Below are positions 24,804-38,700 of a DNA stretch of 64,000 nucleotides, in pieces. A program made the translations under genes and the position numbers. Origin of the DNA: Ptychomitrium polyphyllum (Eukaryota); the NCBI GenBank assembly GCA_973851085.1, contig OZ316775.1, forward strand, positions 10,168,001-10,232,000. The letters are read 5' to 3'. Position 1 is the stretch's first letter. The number at the start of each line of letters is the position of its first letter. Below the pieces are notes generated by a model that saw only the letters and a program-made list of their open reading frames with translations, was not told where the DNA came from and searched no databases.

Positions 24804-27800
24804 TATGTAACATGACACTTTCAGACCTGCTCATGTCATTAGTCATTATCAATCTTTTTGTTCATTAGAGTATGTATATACGAGCGGGAATGCTGCCATT
24901 TCACACATACATAGTCGTATAATAGGACTCGGCTATCAGATACTGCTCCTGTAAATGTTTCTACTCGCAGTGGACACTGTACAATACAGGTACATTGCGT
25001 AATGCGGCTTGCACCCATGTACTCCTTTCTGTAAGCGTAGATTTAATTGTCTTTCTGTGACTTTGGAGGAGAGTTTTTTGGTGAATGCTTGGACTTGGAA
25101 ACTATAAATGTTACTAGATACAATCCTATTATAAAAAACTGATCTTAAGTTTCTGATCTTAAAAACTGATTGTTAATGTAGTTGCTTCGAATATTGTAAA
25201 GAAATTTTAGAAAACCTAGAATCATATATGGTAATTGTACATGTTAAAAGTAGACTTGTAGAGGTAAATACATTATACATATGTAATATTATATATATAT
25301 ATAATTTTATTGAATAAATTATATGAGAGGCTCATTTAAATATAAATAAAAGATAACAATTAATTGACTAAATGCCAAATGTATGTGAGCTTAATTATAG
25401 ATTTTTAATCCATCTATTATAAGTAAATAAAAACTTGTCTATCCTTCACATCAAAAAATAGATGAATTCCTTAAAAAATAACTAATTCTGCAAAAAGATT
25501 AACATCACAGTGAAAACAAAAAGCTGAAAACCAACATCAGTGAAGAAGAAATCATAATTTCTCATAACATCGTTTATAACTATAAAATATCAATGAATAC
25601 TTTCAGACCGCAAAGTAGCCACCACGGTTGCACCAAAATACCACATCATTCACTTCAGAGAACGTGGCCTATCCTAATACTAAGATCCTATACACAGAAA
25701 CTCACATGTAAAGTCGAAGTGACACGAAACAAAATAACTACTTAGATAGTAACAATCAACAGTTACACGTACCGACGAAGATTAACGCGTAGTAATCCAT
25801 ATTACAAACGCATAACAGAAAGTGAATAGTGCCAACGCGAATGTCCGTTCCGCCAGTCGCGGCCTTCCACGCGTCGATCGAAAGATAAATGGCCAACCCG
25901 CAGCCTCTCACTTCAGTAAAGTTAGGGCGAGAAAGCCGCACAATCCCACTCACACTGCGCCACTGCCCCGTCGGATTCCCTGTTGTCGGAACCTCTTCCC
26001 AGATTCCCTTCGCAAATTCTCCTCTCGCTGCCCGTTGGCCGCTGCCCACTTACTGCTGCCTGATGCCGCCCTTTCTGCTGCCCGGAATCATTTTCCTGCT
26101 GCCCGGAGCCCTCGTGCCGCTGTCCGGTGGTCGCTTGCCGCTGCCTGGTGCGTGGAGCACAATTCTTGCAGGGTGGCGCCTGGAAGCAGGCAGTGTTGCA
26201 GCGCAGTGTGGTTTCTTTGAGGGCGTTTGAGGCCACGTTCTATCAGCACTGCAGTTGCGGGACATCTTTTCTCTTGCCATTTGGTCAGTCTAGGTTTGGG
26301 AAGTTTTTCTTTTTCATCAACCTTCGTTGGATGCTCATGGTGTAGTCATGTTTCCTCTGTGAGTGGCATGTGGGAGGGGGGGGGGGGTTGGGGGGGTGCG
26401 CGGTGGGGTGGAGAGAGTGATCATCTTGGAGGGTGTGATGGTGTCTGTTAGGTGTTCGTTGTTGTGTAGTTTAGGACTGGTGATGAGGGTGCTGTGTGTT
26501 GAGGGTTCAGGGCTGTCTTGATTCTGTTGCTGGGAGTTGCATTGTGGAAGAGCGTACAGCTGCTATGGTGTTGGTGATGTTTTTGTGAGGTCGATTGTGC
26601 ATTGCGGTGCTTGTGACTGGGGGTTAGTTTTCCAAAGATTACTGTGGTTGTGGCAGTGAACATGAATTTGCGAAGTGAGTCAGGTTTTGACGCTCTGCGA
26701 ATGACGTGCTTGTAGGATTCTTATCCGCCCGTGTCGCATTGTTGTGTTTGCACGTGTTTTTTTCTGAATGTGGCAAAGAGTGGCGTTTAGGCTTGAACTC
26801 AGATTCTTTTTCCCCGTTGAATGTTTCAACTCTCTGCATTGTCTGTCAGCAAGCAGAAGTTTGTGATGAGGCCTATTATGCTGTCAGCTGTTGTTGGTTG
26901 TTTGGGACTCATAGCTTGAGGCCGCGCAACTGTTCTGTAATCTATTGTTCTGCATAGTGGCAATGCCATTGTAGCCTCTATGATTTTTTGTGGGCCATAC
27001 TTTACGTGGTGTATCGCACAGTGCCTGTGATCGTTCTGTATCTCAATTTTCCTTATCAATTTCGATGGGACATGAAGTAAGAGATTCGACACTCTGTAAC
27101 AATTGCTATAGGGGCTTCTCTTCATCTACTCTGCCCTTCTTGAGGTTCTCTCTCTGTCTCACACACAAGTTTCTGGGTGTGTTCTCTCTGCTCTTCCATA
27201 TTCGCAGGATTTTGTGGACTTCCTGAGGTTTGGGAGAAAAGGGTGTTGCGCTGTGGATCCTGACCTTCGCAGAGATCGCTGTGGGGGCATTCCTTGCCCG
27301 TATTTTTGGTTTGAACGAGTGCGGTTGCAGTCAATCGAGGGTTGGTGGATGTTGGTTTAAGAGAAGAGAGGGAGCATGTTAGACGATCTGTGTTTATTTT
27401 ACAGTGGAAGAAAATAGTCTGTATTTCACTTTGGAAGAAGGCGCTGAAGATTGGGAATGGTTGTAAGCGGAGATATCTCCTACATTGGCTTCTTTCGAGC
27501 TCAAGGTATAGTGTGGTGCTCTGACCTCATGGTGCGTGTATGAATCTGTCTATGGGTTATTCTGCGCAGAATGTGATAATTGATGTTCTTGTCTTGGACT
27601 CTTTTGAGGTTGATGATGGAATTGTCTTTTTTTCAAGCAGCGTCACGAACATTCACTGTTCAAAACTGACGGTTACATCTGACTAGTAATCTTTTGGTAT
27701 AGTTTATGTCTTTATTAACTTGTACGCATCTTTGTCATTTTCCATGTAAACGCTCCTAATATTCTTTATTAAGTTTATGTTCGACAACAGATACCGGTAG

Positions 27801-27812
27801 GAGTCTTCAGTG

Positions 27813-30800
27813 ATGACCGACGAAGCAGCCGACGCTGACGTGGCTCCCAGAGATGGTGACGAGAGGACAGAACGGGCAGTGGAGGCCATGGAGTGCATTG
27901 GTCTAGAACGTGATCTGATTATGAAAACCTTAAGAAGTCTGTACAAGGTAAGGTCTGCTAGCAATAAGGCGTTGAGGTCTCGGGATTCACAATTAACAAT
28001 CTTTAGAACATTCTTCTTGGAAGTTTGTAAGTACAAACACTTGCGTTGTGTTCTCCGTTGATACTGTAGCGTTTTGAGGTACTATTAGCCCTAAATACAA
28101 ATATAGCCAGTTGTAGGTAGTTGTAAGCTCTGGGGCGGATACTTTGTCTTCGTATATCATATTGCTTCCTTGCAATCAATTGTGAACGTTGATTTCACGT
28201 TGATGATCATATTCTATAAACTGATCTCTAATGAGGACCTGATGTTCACTAGGCACTTGGTGCGGAATGGTGGGCACCTGTCGAGCTGGACGGTTATGGG
28301 ATGCTGGCGGAGGAAGTGTGCATTGCTCAAAGCAAGCGAGTAAGTGTTTCTGGAGGCTTCTGGTCTGTGCTTTGTATGCTCTTCTTAGGCCAACCTATTT
28401 CTTAGCGCATGACTGATATTGTTAGTAAGCTTTCTCTTTGCAATAATTTGTGGAACAGGAGAAAAAACAAGGACGCGCAGCAGCTGTTGGTGTTTCTCCT
28501 AGTGATACTACAGAAAGCTTAATGAGAAATGGAGATCATTCCCAATCTTCTCCTCCTAGGATTGCCAGGGTAGACGCCTATGAAGAAAGGAGTGCTACTG
28601 CATTGAAGGTGTTGGCAACAGATTTGATCAAGCAGGAAGAACAGGCTGGTAGAAGGCAGATGCAAATGGATGCGAAAACCAAACCTTCTTTGTTGCACTC
28701 AAGAGGGGGACTCACCCCTAGAACTGATGGCCGAGGAGTGAAGCTGATTGATCCAGCGGAAGTCAATGCAGCACGAAGAAAACCAGATAAGAGCATTGCG
28801 CATAAGAAGCTGAAGCAACTCAAGGAGGATTTTGAGCCCCCGAGTGCTCCTACAACGTCGAGAAGACAGCTTGCTAGTTCGCAAAGTAGCAAGAAGCTAA
28901 AGAGGCAACGCCAGGAGGAAGAATGCAGGCGTGAACTGAGGGAACTAGTCGGAGGTGCAGGTGAAGAGGCACATGGTAGTGACTATGATGTTGATCATGG
29001 TCGAGGACAATGTAGGCATGATGTCAATGATCTATCGCGAGGTTTTGAAGCGATTCCCATTCCCATTGTTAACCAATCCAATTCTAAGACTCTCCCGTCC
29101 TCTTTCTTTTACATTGACAAGAGTAGACCTTACGAAAAAGCTTTTGTCAATACTGCCATTTCACGGATAGGGGACGACGATTGCTGTCCCAATTGCCACA
29201 AGGACTGCCTTTCTGCTCCTCACCTCTGCGCCTGTGTACGAGAGACAGGTGGAGACTTCGCATATGTTTCAGATGGCTGTCTACACCACCGGTACATTGA
29301 TCAGGTTCGTTACTTTTGACAATCTCAGTTTAAGCAGATTGTAGAGTTAAAGATTTTAATCAAAATTTAAATAGTAATCAGGTTCTTTTGAGATTCGTAT
29401 CCTTGGTTAGAAGCTATCATCAATCAAATTTTGATTTCATGTGATTTGGGAATACATTAGTTTCGGTGAAGTGGAAATCAAGGCGGGGAGGTCAAGCGCT
29501 CTGCTGGCTTGTCGAGCTCTAACTTGCTGCATTCTTTCGCTAGCTTGTTATCTTTGTTGACATAGAGGCCTTTCTGAAGCAGGGTTAATTGAATCGTTTT
29601 TTCTGGGGTTTCTTTTAAGATTCATGACGTGAGATTTTTTTGCTATATGTTGAGTTGTCTATGTCTGGCGGAGTGTGTTTTAGTGTAGTGTGATGGAAGG
29701 TCAGTTTGTCCACCTTCAGGATATTTTGGAAGTAGTAGATAGGTGGATGTCGATATTTGCAGTAGTGGACTTTTCCGGCGTTGACAACCATGTTGTCGAG
29801 TTGAATTGAGTTGGATTTTCTATCAGCTCCGAACTCCACTCCAGATGTAAACCTGTCTTTTCGTTACACTTTTTAGAGAATTTGTCTTGCCTTTAGGTAG
29901 ATTTTGTAGAGCCCGTCAAGTTTCGAGAAGGAGAACAGTTTGGAGTGTAGTTGAGCGTTAAACTGATTTGAAGCTTGGTAGTGAAGTAGGTGTTGTCTTT
30001 CATGGTCAGAAACGATCTTTGTTACTCCGCTGTGTGCTTCTGCACCACTTGGCGTTTCATTTCACGAGCAGTTAAGAATAATCCAGTTAAGAACATACTG
30101 AATATTATTAGTGGTTAGTGTTGATGGGAGACAGTCTATGTGCAGTACATGAAGATCAAGCACGGTGTTGCAACAGAAAATATGCATTTTTGTGAATCTG
30201 GGTTCCATTGCCCTCACGAGCGGCACAAGAACTATGAGAACCCTGCAGACTGTAAAGGGCATCCTGTTCGAGACTTCGTGAAGGAATGTTCGTCCAAGTG
30301 CGGATGTAGCAAGCAGTGCGGCAATCGACTAGTACAACGCGGTATTACTCGTAGACTGGAGGTATTTATACAATCCAGTCTTCAATAAGTTGTGACCCTG
30401 ATTATCTCCCACTTTATGTGAATCCGAAGCCATGATACATCCGAATTTAGAAGCCAATTTCATGGCCTCATGTATGGAATCATGTAGGTTTGATTTTCAT
30501 TTATGAAGTCATGTAAATCTGATAATTTTTTAATTTTGGAATTAATCTATACTGGTCAGGTGTTCATGACACCTGAAGGCAAGGGCTGGGGGATTAGGTC
30601 TTTGGAAGATCTTCCAGCTGGTGCTTTTGCTTTTGAATATATTGGCGAAATCCTCACAAACACTGAAATGTGGGAGCGGAATAACCAAGTACATGCGAAC
30701 GGAGAGGGATTTCACACCTACCCTATCACTTTGGATAGTGACTGGGGCTCCGAAGCCAACCTGAAGGATGAGGAGGCTCTTTGCCTGGATGCCACTTTCT

Positions 30801-31572
30801 TTGGCAATGTTGCAAGATTTCTTAATCACAGGTAGATAGCTTCCATTCTTTAAATATGGAATATACTGTTCCTTCCATTCTTTAAATAATGTTTTTGCAA
30901 TGATTGTCTGTACCAGATGCTTATGATGTGTATCTTGCAGGTGTCTAGATGCTAATCTTATGAACATGTCAGTCGAGATAGAGACCCCTGACCGCCATTA
31001 CTACCATGTGTGCACTTCATCCTTTCTTCTCCAGCGCTTTATGAATTAAATATTTGGTTGATTAGAATCTGGCTTAGAGAGGATGATGGTCTCAGCATTA
31101 GACCATGTTTAAACTCTGTAAGCTATTTATGATGATGTTCTTTGTGTTGAAATTTGCTAGGTAGCCTTTTTCACTAACCGTCAAGTGAAAGCTAACGAGG
31201 AGCTTACGTGGGTAAGTAACCTACTCAGTCTTAAAACAAAGTAGTCAATTTCATGGTGTAATTGCTTGCAACTGCTCTTACAAGTGTGTTCGCAAATGGA
31301 GTCATTTACGTTTAGGATGAAACACGGAGTTCTAATTCTAGTCTTGTATAATCGTTTTGTTCATAACACTGAATTTTGGAATGAAGAGGAACAGATTACT
31401 TTGTTGGGACTCTTTGGTCTTGAATCAGAGTTCTGAAGTGATACTGACTTGAAGGGAACTATTTGGTCTGTTGCAGGACTACGGCATCGATTTTGACGAT
31501 AAAGATCACCCGGTTCCATCCTTTACTTGCCTGTGTGGCAGTGAGTACTGCAGGGGAAGAAAGATGCAATGA
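27813..31572 (+). CDS. SUVR4: SUVR-type histone-lysine N-methyltransferase (WIYLD, pre-SET, SET, post-SET), multi-exon
   Basis: N-terminal WIYLD-like AVEAMECIGL...LRSLYK..W..VE.DGY..L; pre-SET Cys clusters; GKGWG; NVARFLNHRC.DANL; EELTWDYGIDF; post-SET CLCGSEYCR. Confidence 0.88.
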
Positions 31573-32718
31573 GTTAGTGCCCTGATTGTAGAGTACAAAC
31601 TGAACGTTCATTATTCGACAAGAAATACTCTTCACAATTTTAAGCCATTTTGCACCCAGACTTACGGCACCGAATTTGTGCAAGTTTGTTCTGCGATATC
31701 GTAGTGAAGAGCAGGTAGAAGATCTATACTTGAGCATTACGCCTTGTCACATTCGAAAGGATCTGGGCTACATCACTGCGATCCCTTTATAGGAAGCTGT
31801 CACAGGCTCACAAATTCCCCAATTCCTCAGTTTCCCCCCAAAACGTACACAACAAATCTCGAATCTCACACCATTCAGTGCCGGAGTTTTAGTATTCTTC
31901 GTTGAAGGGAAGACGAATGCAAAACAACTTCGACCGCATTGTAACGTAGTAATTTACATACACGGCCGGTTCTACACCCAGACTCCTGAGCTGTCGAAGT
32001 CGAGTTACATTTTGAGCCAGCGAATTTTTTCAGAGCTGTCAACAAATCATACTGCATCTGTTCGCCGTGGCTAAACTCCTGAAGGAAACGAAAAAATTTT
32101 GCATCAAACTTGCCCTTCATCATCGACAGGATACTACCTCCTATACCCGCTGGCCTAGTTAGATTCCGAAGTGCCAGAAGAGAGCACAGAAGTAAGAGTT
32201 TGCAACATCGACGAACGGCATTCATCCTGAAGCGGTGGAAATGGATGATTAGCGAGGGATGGCCGATGCAACGAGAGTTCCAGTGGCTTCCTCGTCTTCG
32301 TCGTCGCCTCCCTCGATCGCTCACGCCCTTGCTCTGCAGCTCTCGCTTCCACTTTGACCACTTCTTTCACCAATCTCGCCGCTCTCTTGTACCTCTCCGC
32401 TGCGTTGCAGAGTTATTTTTCAGACTTTTTGAGCCATTTTCGAGTGAATTTTGTGGAGTTCTTGGAGCGGTTTGTGGAGACTGGTTGTGGAGTGTGTCCT
32501 CGGGAGCCTTCTGGAGTGGGTTTTTGTGAGCAGAGGTTTAATTTGTGCGAGAGGGTCTGTTGAGGGCTTCTGGTTGAGGTTTGACGGTTGTTGGGGGTTG
32601 AGTTGGGGTGTAGAGGTGGTATCCAGAGTTGTGGGTTTGGAGTTTGTGAAGTTTTGGGGTGTGAGAGGAGGGGAGAGGAGAACGGAGGAGGGTGTGGGGG
32701 AATTTAGGAAGGAGACCT

Positions 32719-35700
32719 ATGCTGGCAGCTATCGCACCCGCCGCTGTAAGGCGAGTGAATGGATTGAGAAGAGTAGCGCCGCTACCCGGGCTTGGGGAAT
32801 GGGGGGCCGGCACGAGGAGGGAGGGGGTGGAGCTAGCGCCTCTGCTGGTGCTGTGGGACTCGCTGATGCCACAGTCGCGGGCCAGGGCCGCACCCTTGTG
32901 GTCGCGCTTCTTGTCGTCGTCTGCGTCAGGGTCAGAACATGATGGAGAGGGCGCGTCCGGAGGCTCCGACGGATCGGGGAAGGATGGGAAGGACGCTGAA
33001 GGTGGCATTCTGGAGGCGGTGCGTGAGGGCGGAGCTTCGAAGGAAGAGTCCCTCGAGATTGAGGCGCTTGGAGAATCTGGGAAGATTGAAGCGAGTGGTA
33101 AGTGGCCGCGGGGACACTATGGAATCCGACATTTTTTGAATGCGAGATCGGTGAATTTCGCCGGCATATGACTTGAAAGACACGAAAGGGATCGTGGTTT
33201 TTTCTTTGGGAAGAGAAATGCATTGTGCAGCATTTTGAGGATCTATTTTTGTTTAGGTGATTCCCAGGATTTGAGACATTACTTTGGATTCGTTAACAAT
33301 GTCCTCAATGGAACTTGTTCAATGACTAGCCATCACGTTCAGGATTCGGATATCTCTCACATTACCTATTTACGGTTGCGAGGTCAGTGGTCACTGTGCG
33401 TGAATACAAAGTTAGGGTTTATGATAGCCGATGGTATCTCAATCAGATCTCTGAATTCTTTCGGATGAGCATTTGAGGTAGATCAGGTTTCATCGATTGG
33501 GAACTTTGTCACATAAGTCGTGTACGGCAATAATATGATTTCGTTCTGGAGCTCACGTGCTTAACTAGATGCGTCAGGGTTTATGTAGGGTTTAGTGATT
33601 TATGTGTTTCTCTACTATAGGGCTTCCGTGACGCAACAGGACACAATGAATAATAAATTAAGAAGCCCGATGGCTCTGATTGCTTTCCTGCTGAGACAAT
33701 GCAGCTGTAGCTACATGCGGATGAAGCTATTCATGATCAGTATGTAGCTCTAATGATCGTTAACTCTACTCGATCTTCCACAGCCCTGGTTTGCCCGACA
33801 TACTGAAAGCACTATCTGGCAACTTCTCAAAAGTGGTGGTACTTACCTCAGATTAATAATTTCAGCTGAGCAGCTTTTAAATTCGATTCCTGACACACCC
33901 TTAATTCCGAGGTTGTATTCAATGAAAGTCGAGTAACCAAACATACATCTCCATGTGTAGCCATACTACTATAGTGGTGTTAGAAGTTCAACTTGAAATG
34001 CTAGGTCGACGATAAATCACTGAACTTCGTCTACCTCTTATTCTGATGTTGCTTCCGCGTTTGGTTTATCTGTCGTAAAGATTCGTTTGCCTGATCGTGT
34101 GTTTGAGCAGGTGAGAAGCTGAAAGAATCCGGAGAAGATGCGAAAGACGGTAATGGGGAGAGAGAGAGAAATGGCACAGCCGAGTCGAACAATAGATCTC
34201 ACCATGGTGCCATTGTTCCTGCTCTAGGACCTCGACCTGACAGGGTATAGAAGTTCCCTTTCCCGGCTTGTTCCTTTGCGAACGTTGAGGTTGACTGTAT
34301 TTCAAGTTGAAATGAAATCCTTGCTACCGTTGAGGTGTACTTGACAACTTGCAGAGTTCAACAATAGATGTAGACCGGGTATTCTGAGATTTACTGCTTA
34401 TAATCTTTATCTGTACTTTGATTTATATTATTTGTTTCACCTACCCCTCATAGCTTCTGGTTTGTTTTAGAGCTGGTATACTTTAATATGTTAAACCAGT
34501 TGGATTAGGTCTGCAGTTCAACTGCATGTTGTGATTTTAATGAGGACTTAAGTTTTTTCGACTTGTAAAGCCTAACCATTCGTGTGGGTGACTTTTACGC
34601 CTTGGCGAACTGCAGGTGATAGCTGTTCCACTGACAAGGAGGCCGTTGTTTCCAGGCTTCTATGTACCTGTATCTATCAAGGTGTTCTGAACCTAAAGAG
34701 TATTGGTGACTTGAAATAGTATTTTTCTGTTTATTTTTGGTTTTTACTTCTGTTAGGAGGTTTTGAAAGTTGAAGTAGAAGTTGTGCTCATTACGTTGGA
34801 TTACACATTGCTTTCGGCAGGATCAAAAACTTGCAGATAAGCTTGCGGAGTTGAAATCTGCTGGAACACCCTGGGTTGGTTCATTCTTACTCAAAGATCA
34901 GAAATCCAGAACAGACGGCTCTCAGGTGTTGACCGCACCTGAGGGAGAAGGCAGTGAACTACTTCGTGGAGAAGAGCTCTATAAACGGCTTCAAGAACAT
35001 GGCACGTTTGCACAGGTGAACATTGGGCATATTGTTATCTCTGTTGGGTCTGGTCGGTCTTTTTTTAATGACGTGAACAACCCTGTTAGGTCCATTCCTA
35101 TTTGCACAAGGGCAGTAGCTCATTCATAAGTTTCACCAGTATTCTTGAACAGTAGTTTCATATTGAAGGGTTTTGTGATCTCAAAATTAAACTAATTCGT
35201 CTATTTTATGTTTTGACTTTAATTTTCTTTTATGTAATGCTACGCTGAATTTACTATCTTCTTTGGAAGATTTCGCTCAAAAACCAATCAATTAAGTTGA
35301 GCTTTTGTGACAAAAGCACTTTTACGAATTGAAGTTTATTGTGATGAATAAAATTCAATTGATCGTTAGTACTATTGTATGACAGATCACAAATGTGATG
35401 AGACCTCTAGATGGAGAGGGTACTACTCAAGTTCTTCTCATGGGCCATCGCCGTCTTCGTATTACAGGCATGGTAAATTACAATTCTTTTGCAGGAATTT
35501 CTCATTTACGGTTTATTTACAATATATACCGATTGTCCATCCTACTATTGCTGTTGTCACTCAGTAGTGACTTTGTTGTGATTGTGTGTGACATAAATGA
35601 AGTTGGATACTGAGCCATTATCAGTGAGCGTCGAGCACCTGAGGGTATGTGGTCTTAAACCTTTACTTTAAATAGTTTATAAATGGGTCATTGAACCATT

Positions 35701-38700
35701 AGATCTTGACAAATCTAGGGTTAACTTTGTTACTGTTATATTCTAAGTAGATTGTAGGACTGTAAGCCTGGTTTATCAAGGAAGGTTGTTGTTACTAAAT
35801 TTCAGCAATTTCACAGATTGTCTTTTTTTTGCATGCAGTGTCTCCCTGGTGTAGTGTTATTTTGAATCTGTGCTTGTCATGCTCAATATCCTTGTACTCA
35901 AACTTGCTGAACATATTCCAGGATAAACCCTATGATTCTACTCAAGATGAATTGAAAGCCACTATTCTGGAAGTTGTGACAACAATGAAGGATTTGATGA
36001 GGCTAAATCCTCTGTACAAGGAACACATTCAGATGTTTGTGCAGGTGCTTCTGTTGCTTTTGCCTTTCTTTTTTGCTCTTTTGTTAAGAACGCTTGTTCC
36101 CTTTGCGTCTTGGATTAAATGTCTGCTTAAGATATATAATATAAATATTTTAGTCCTATTGTAGTAGGGAGGGGGTGCTTTTGTCGAGATATTCAGATAG
36201 ACTAGTTAATCCTGACAAGAAGCATTTCTTGCTAGTTGTGCTTGCAATGACATGGTAATTTGTACTGTTATTATAATACTTAATCAAGGACGTTGTTTGG
36301 CTAGGGCAGCATATGGGCGAATTTAATGCCTCAAAATTGGCCGATTTTGGGGCTGCACTTACTACAGCAGATGAGCCAGTGTTGCAAGAGGTCCTCGAAG
36401 AGCTTGATGTAAGTGGCTTCTTCTTTATTATCTTGCTTATCACATAGTATGTTATTTTGTTGCAGGGTTGAATTTCTATTTTTGAACTCCTTCAAGTTCC
36501 AAATAAAATGTACTTAGGATTTCTTCTTCCAATGCCTTGGGTTAGGGTATGAGTTATTTAGCAAGTTATGAGTTGCGCTGCGAAACCTGTTACAGCAACT
36601 GTGGTTGTCCGAGTTCATTTCTGAGACACCATTATAAGTTGTAACCTGCGAGTCTATACAAGTTAGCTTAGTAACTCTTGTTTTATCGTGCAGTGCGGCT
36701 AAGATATAGTTTGCATGACAGCTACTCTGAAGCTTTGTTGCAATTCTATATTGGTGATGCTGGCCCTACCTCTCATTCGCAGGTTCTGAGGCGCTTGCAT
36801 CTGACGCTTATACTGCTGAAGAAAGAGCTCGAACTTAGCAAGCTTCAGGTGAAACCGTCAGACCTTAGTGTTGCTCTCAATTGTTGCCAACTGACAGTCG
36901 TTGTTAATACGGTGTGTACTAATTCATGTAATAGGCAACCAACATTATCGACTAAGATTAGTGCTAACTTTTATTCAGTGGTACTTGTATGCAACTGAGA
37001 TGAAAAGTTCAACCTTTTAATTATGCAGTCGAAGTTGTTTTAACATGGCATCTTAACGTTTGAATGCTACTCTTCTAGCATGCAATAGTGTTCAAAGTTG
37101 AGTGTGAAAAGAATGCGTGAATGTTCTTAGAAAGCATTACAATTCCTTTGTTGCAGCAATCTATTGCAAAAGGGGTGGAGGAGAAAATGACTGGGGATCA
37201 GCGGAAGTATTTTTTGATGGAGCAGTTGAAAGCCATTAAAAAGGTGATATCGACATTCAAGCGTCTCTAACACTGAATGTTGTATGATATACCTATATTG
37301 CCCTTCAGCTTTTGTTACTTTCAGTGTAGACGATCTTTTCCAGTACTTTGTTGTCTCTTTTTACATGTAAAAGTGTACCGCCATAGTGAATTCTGTGTAA
37401 AACTGATGGAACAGGAATTAGGATTGGAGACAGACGATAAAACGGCTCTGACAGGTCTGTTAATGTCTTCAATTACATGTTAATCTTTCTGGTTCTCTGA
37501 TATTTACAGCAACCTTTTCTCCATAGTCTAGTCATGTATTTTTGGGTACTCGACAACCTTTTCGTTGCGTCTTTTACTTAAATTGTTTTTTGATTCTACT
37601 ATTGTTGTTTATGATATATCTCTTTGTTTTCTTCCATCTTGATTACCTTCTTTTTGGGTTGTACTCATGTCAGTTATGATGTTTCAGCTAAGTTTCGAGA
37701 GAGATTGGAGCCCCGTCGAAATGATTGTCCTCCTCATGTCCTGCAAGTTATTGATGAGGAATTGAACAAGCTACAAGGGCTTGAGTCGAGTTCCAGCGAA
37801 TTCAATGTCACTCGCAATTACCTTGATTGGCTCACATCTCTCCCATGGGGTCATTTCAGGTTTGTTTCTCCAGATTTTTTCTAATAGATTTTTTCTTTTT
37901 AAGAACGGGCTTGCAAATGGCGTTATTTTTTCTCTTCTGAAAAATCCAGAGTTTTTTAAAGCCTAGTTAGACTGTTTAATGTCCTGGCTGATTACGATCT
38001 TATCAATTATCGGGCTCAGTGGCGTGTTCGGATTGCTGGAGTACTGGAAGTGTTGTTCAATCTATGGACAGATGCAGATGCTTTTCTTGTGATTTTAATT
38101 TTGTATTAAATAACTGTGAAAGTTTGCAGTTGATTGCCTTATTGTTTTCGGTTTTGCAGACATTTTGTTTAAAATGAATTGCAACGTTGATTGGCATTGT
38201 ATGCAGTGAGGAAAATTTTGATGTTAACCGAGCACAGAGTGTGTTAGACGATGAACATTATGGGTTAGAGGATGTGAAGGAACGCATTCTTGAATTCATA
38301 GCAGTTGGCAGATTACGAGGGAAAACTCAAGGTGCGCCTTTCTATGTAGTCTCGATTCTATACCTTTTTCTTTGGGCTCAACTTCCAGAAGTTTGACTCT
38401 GCTCAATGACATTCATTTTGAAGACCAAAGCCGTGCCATAGGTTGTACATAATGAACACTTCACAATATTTATTTATGAGCATACAAACGGTATGATAGT
38501 TTTTAGAGTTAATCTTCTTTCCTGCCAAAAGTGTTGCAGCCCCATCCCTCTTCCGCTTCATATTTTTATTATCCTAATTTATGCTCATCTATTTCTTCTA
38601 TGCATCAAGGTGATCGAGTATGTGAATGTTGATTACTTGCAGGCAAGATCATCTGTTTAGCAGGGCCACCAGGTGTTGGCAAGACCAGCATTGGGCGATC

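Noticed and set aside
25756..26460. Stack of overlapping ORFs on both strands
   Set aside because: This is the GC-rich promoter/5' UTR of the SUVR gene, with no recognisable protein motifs.
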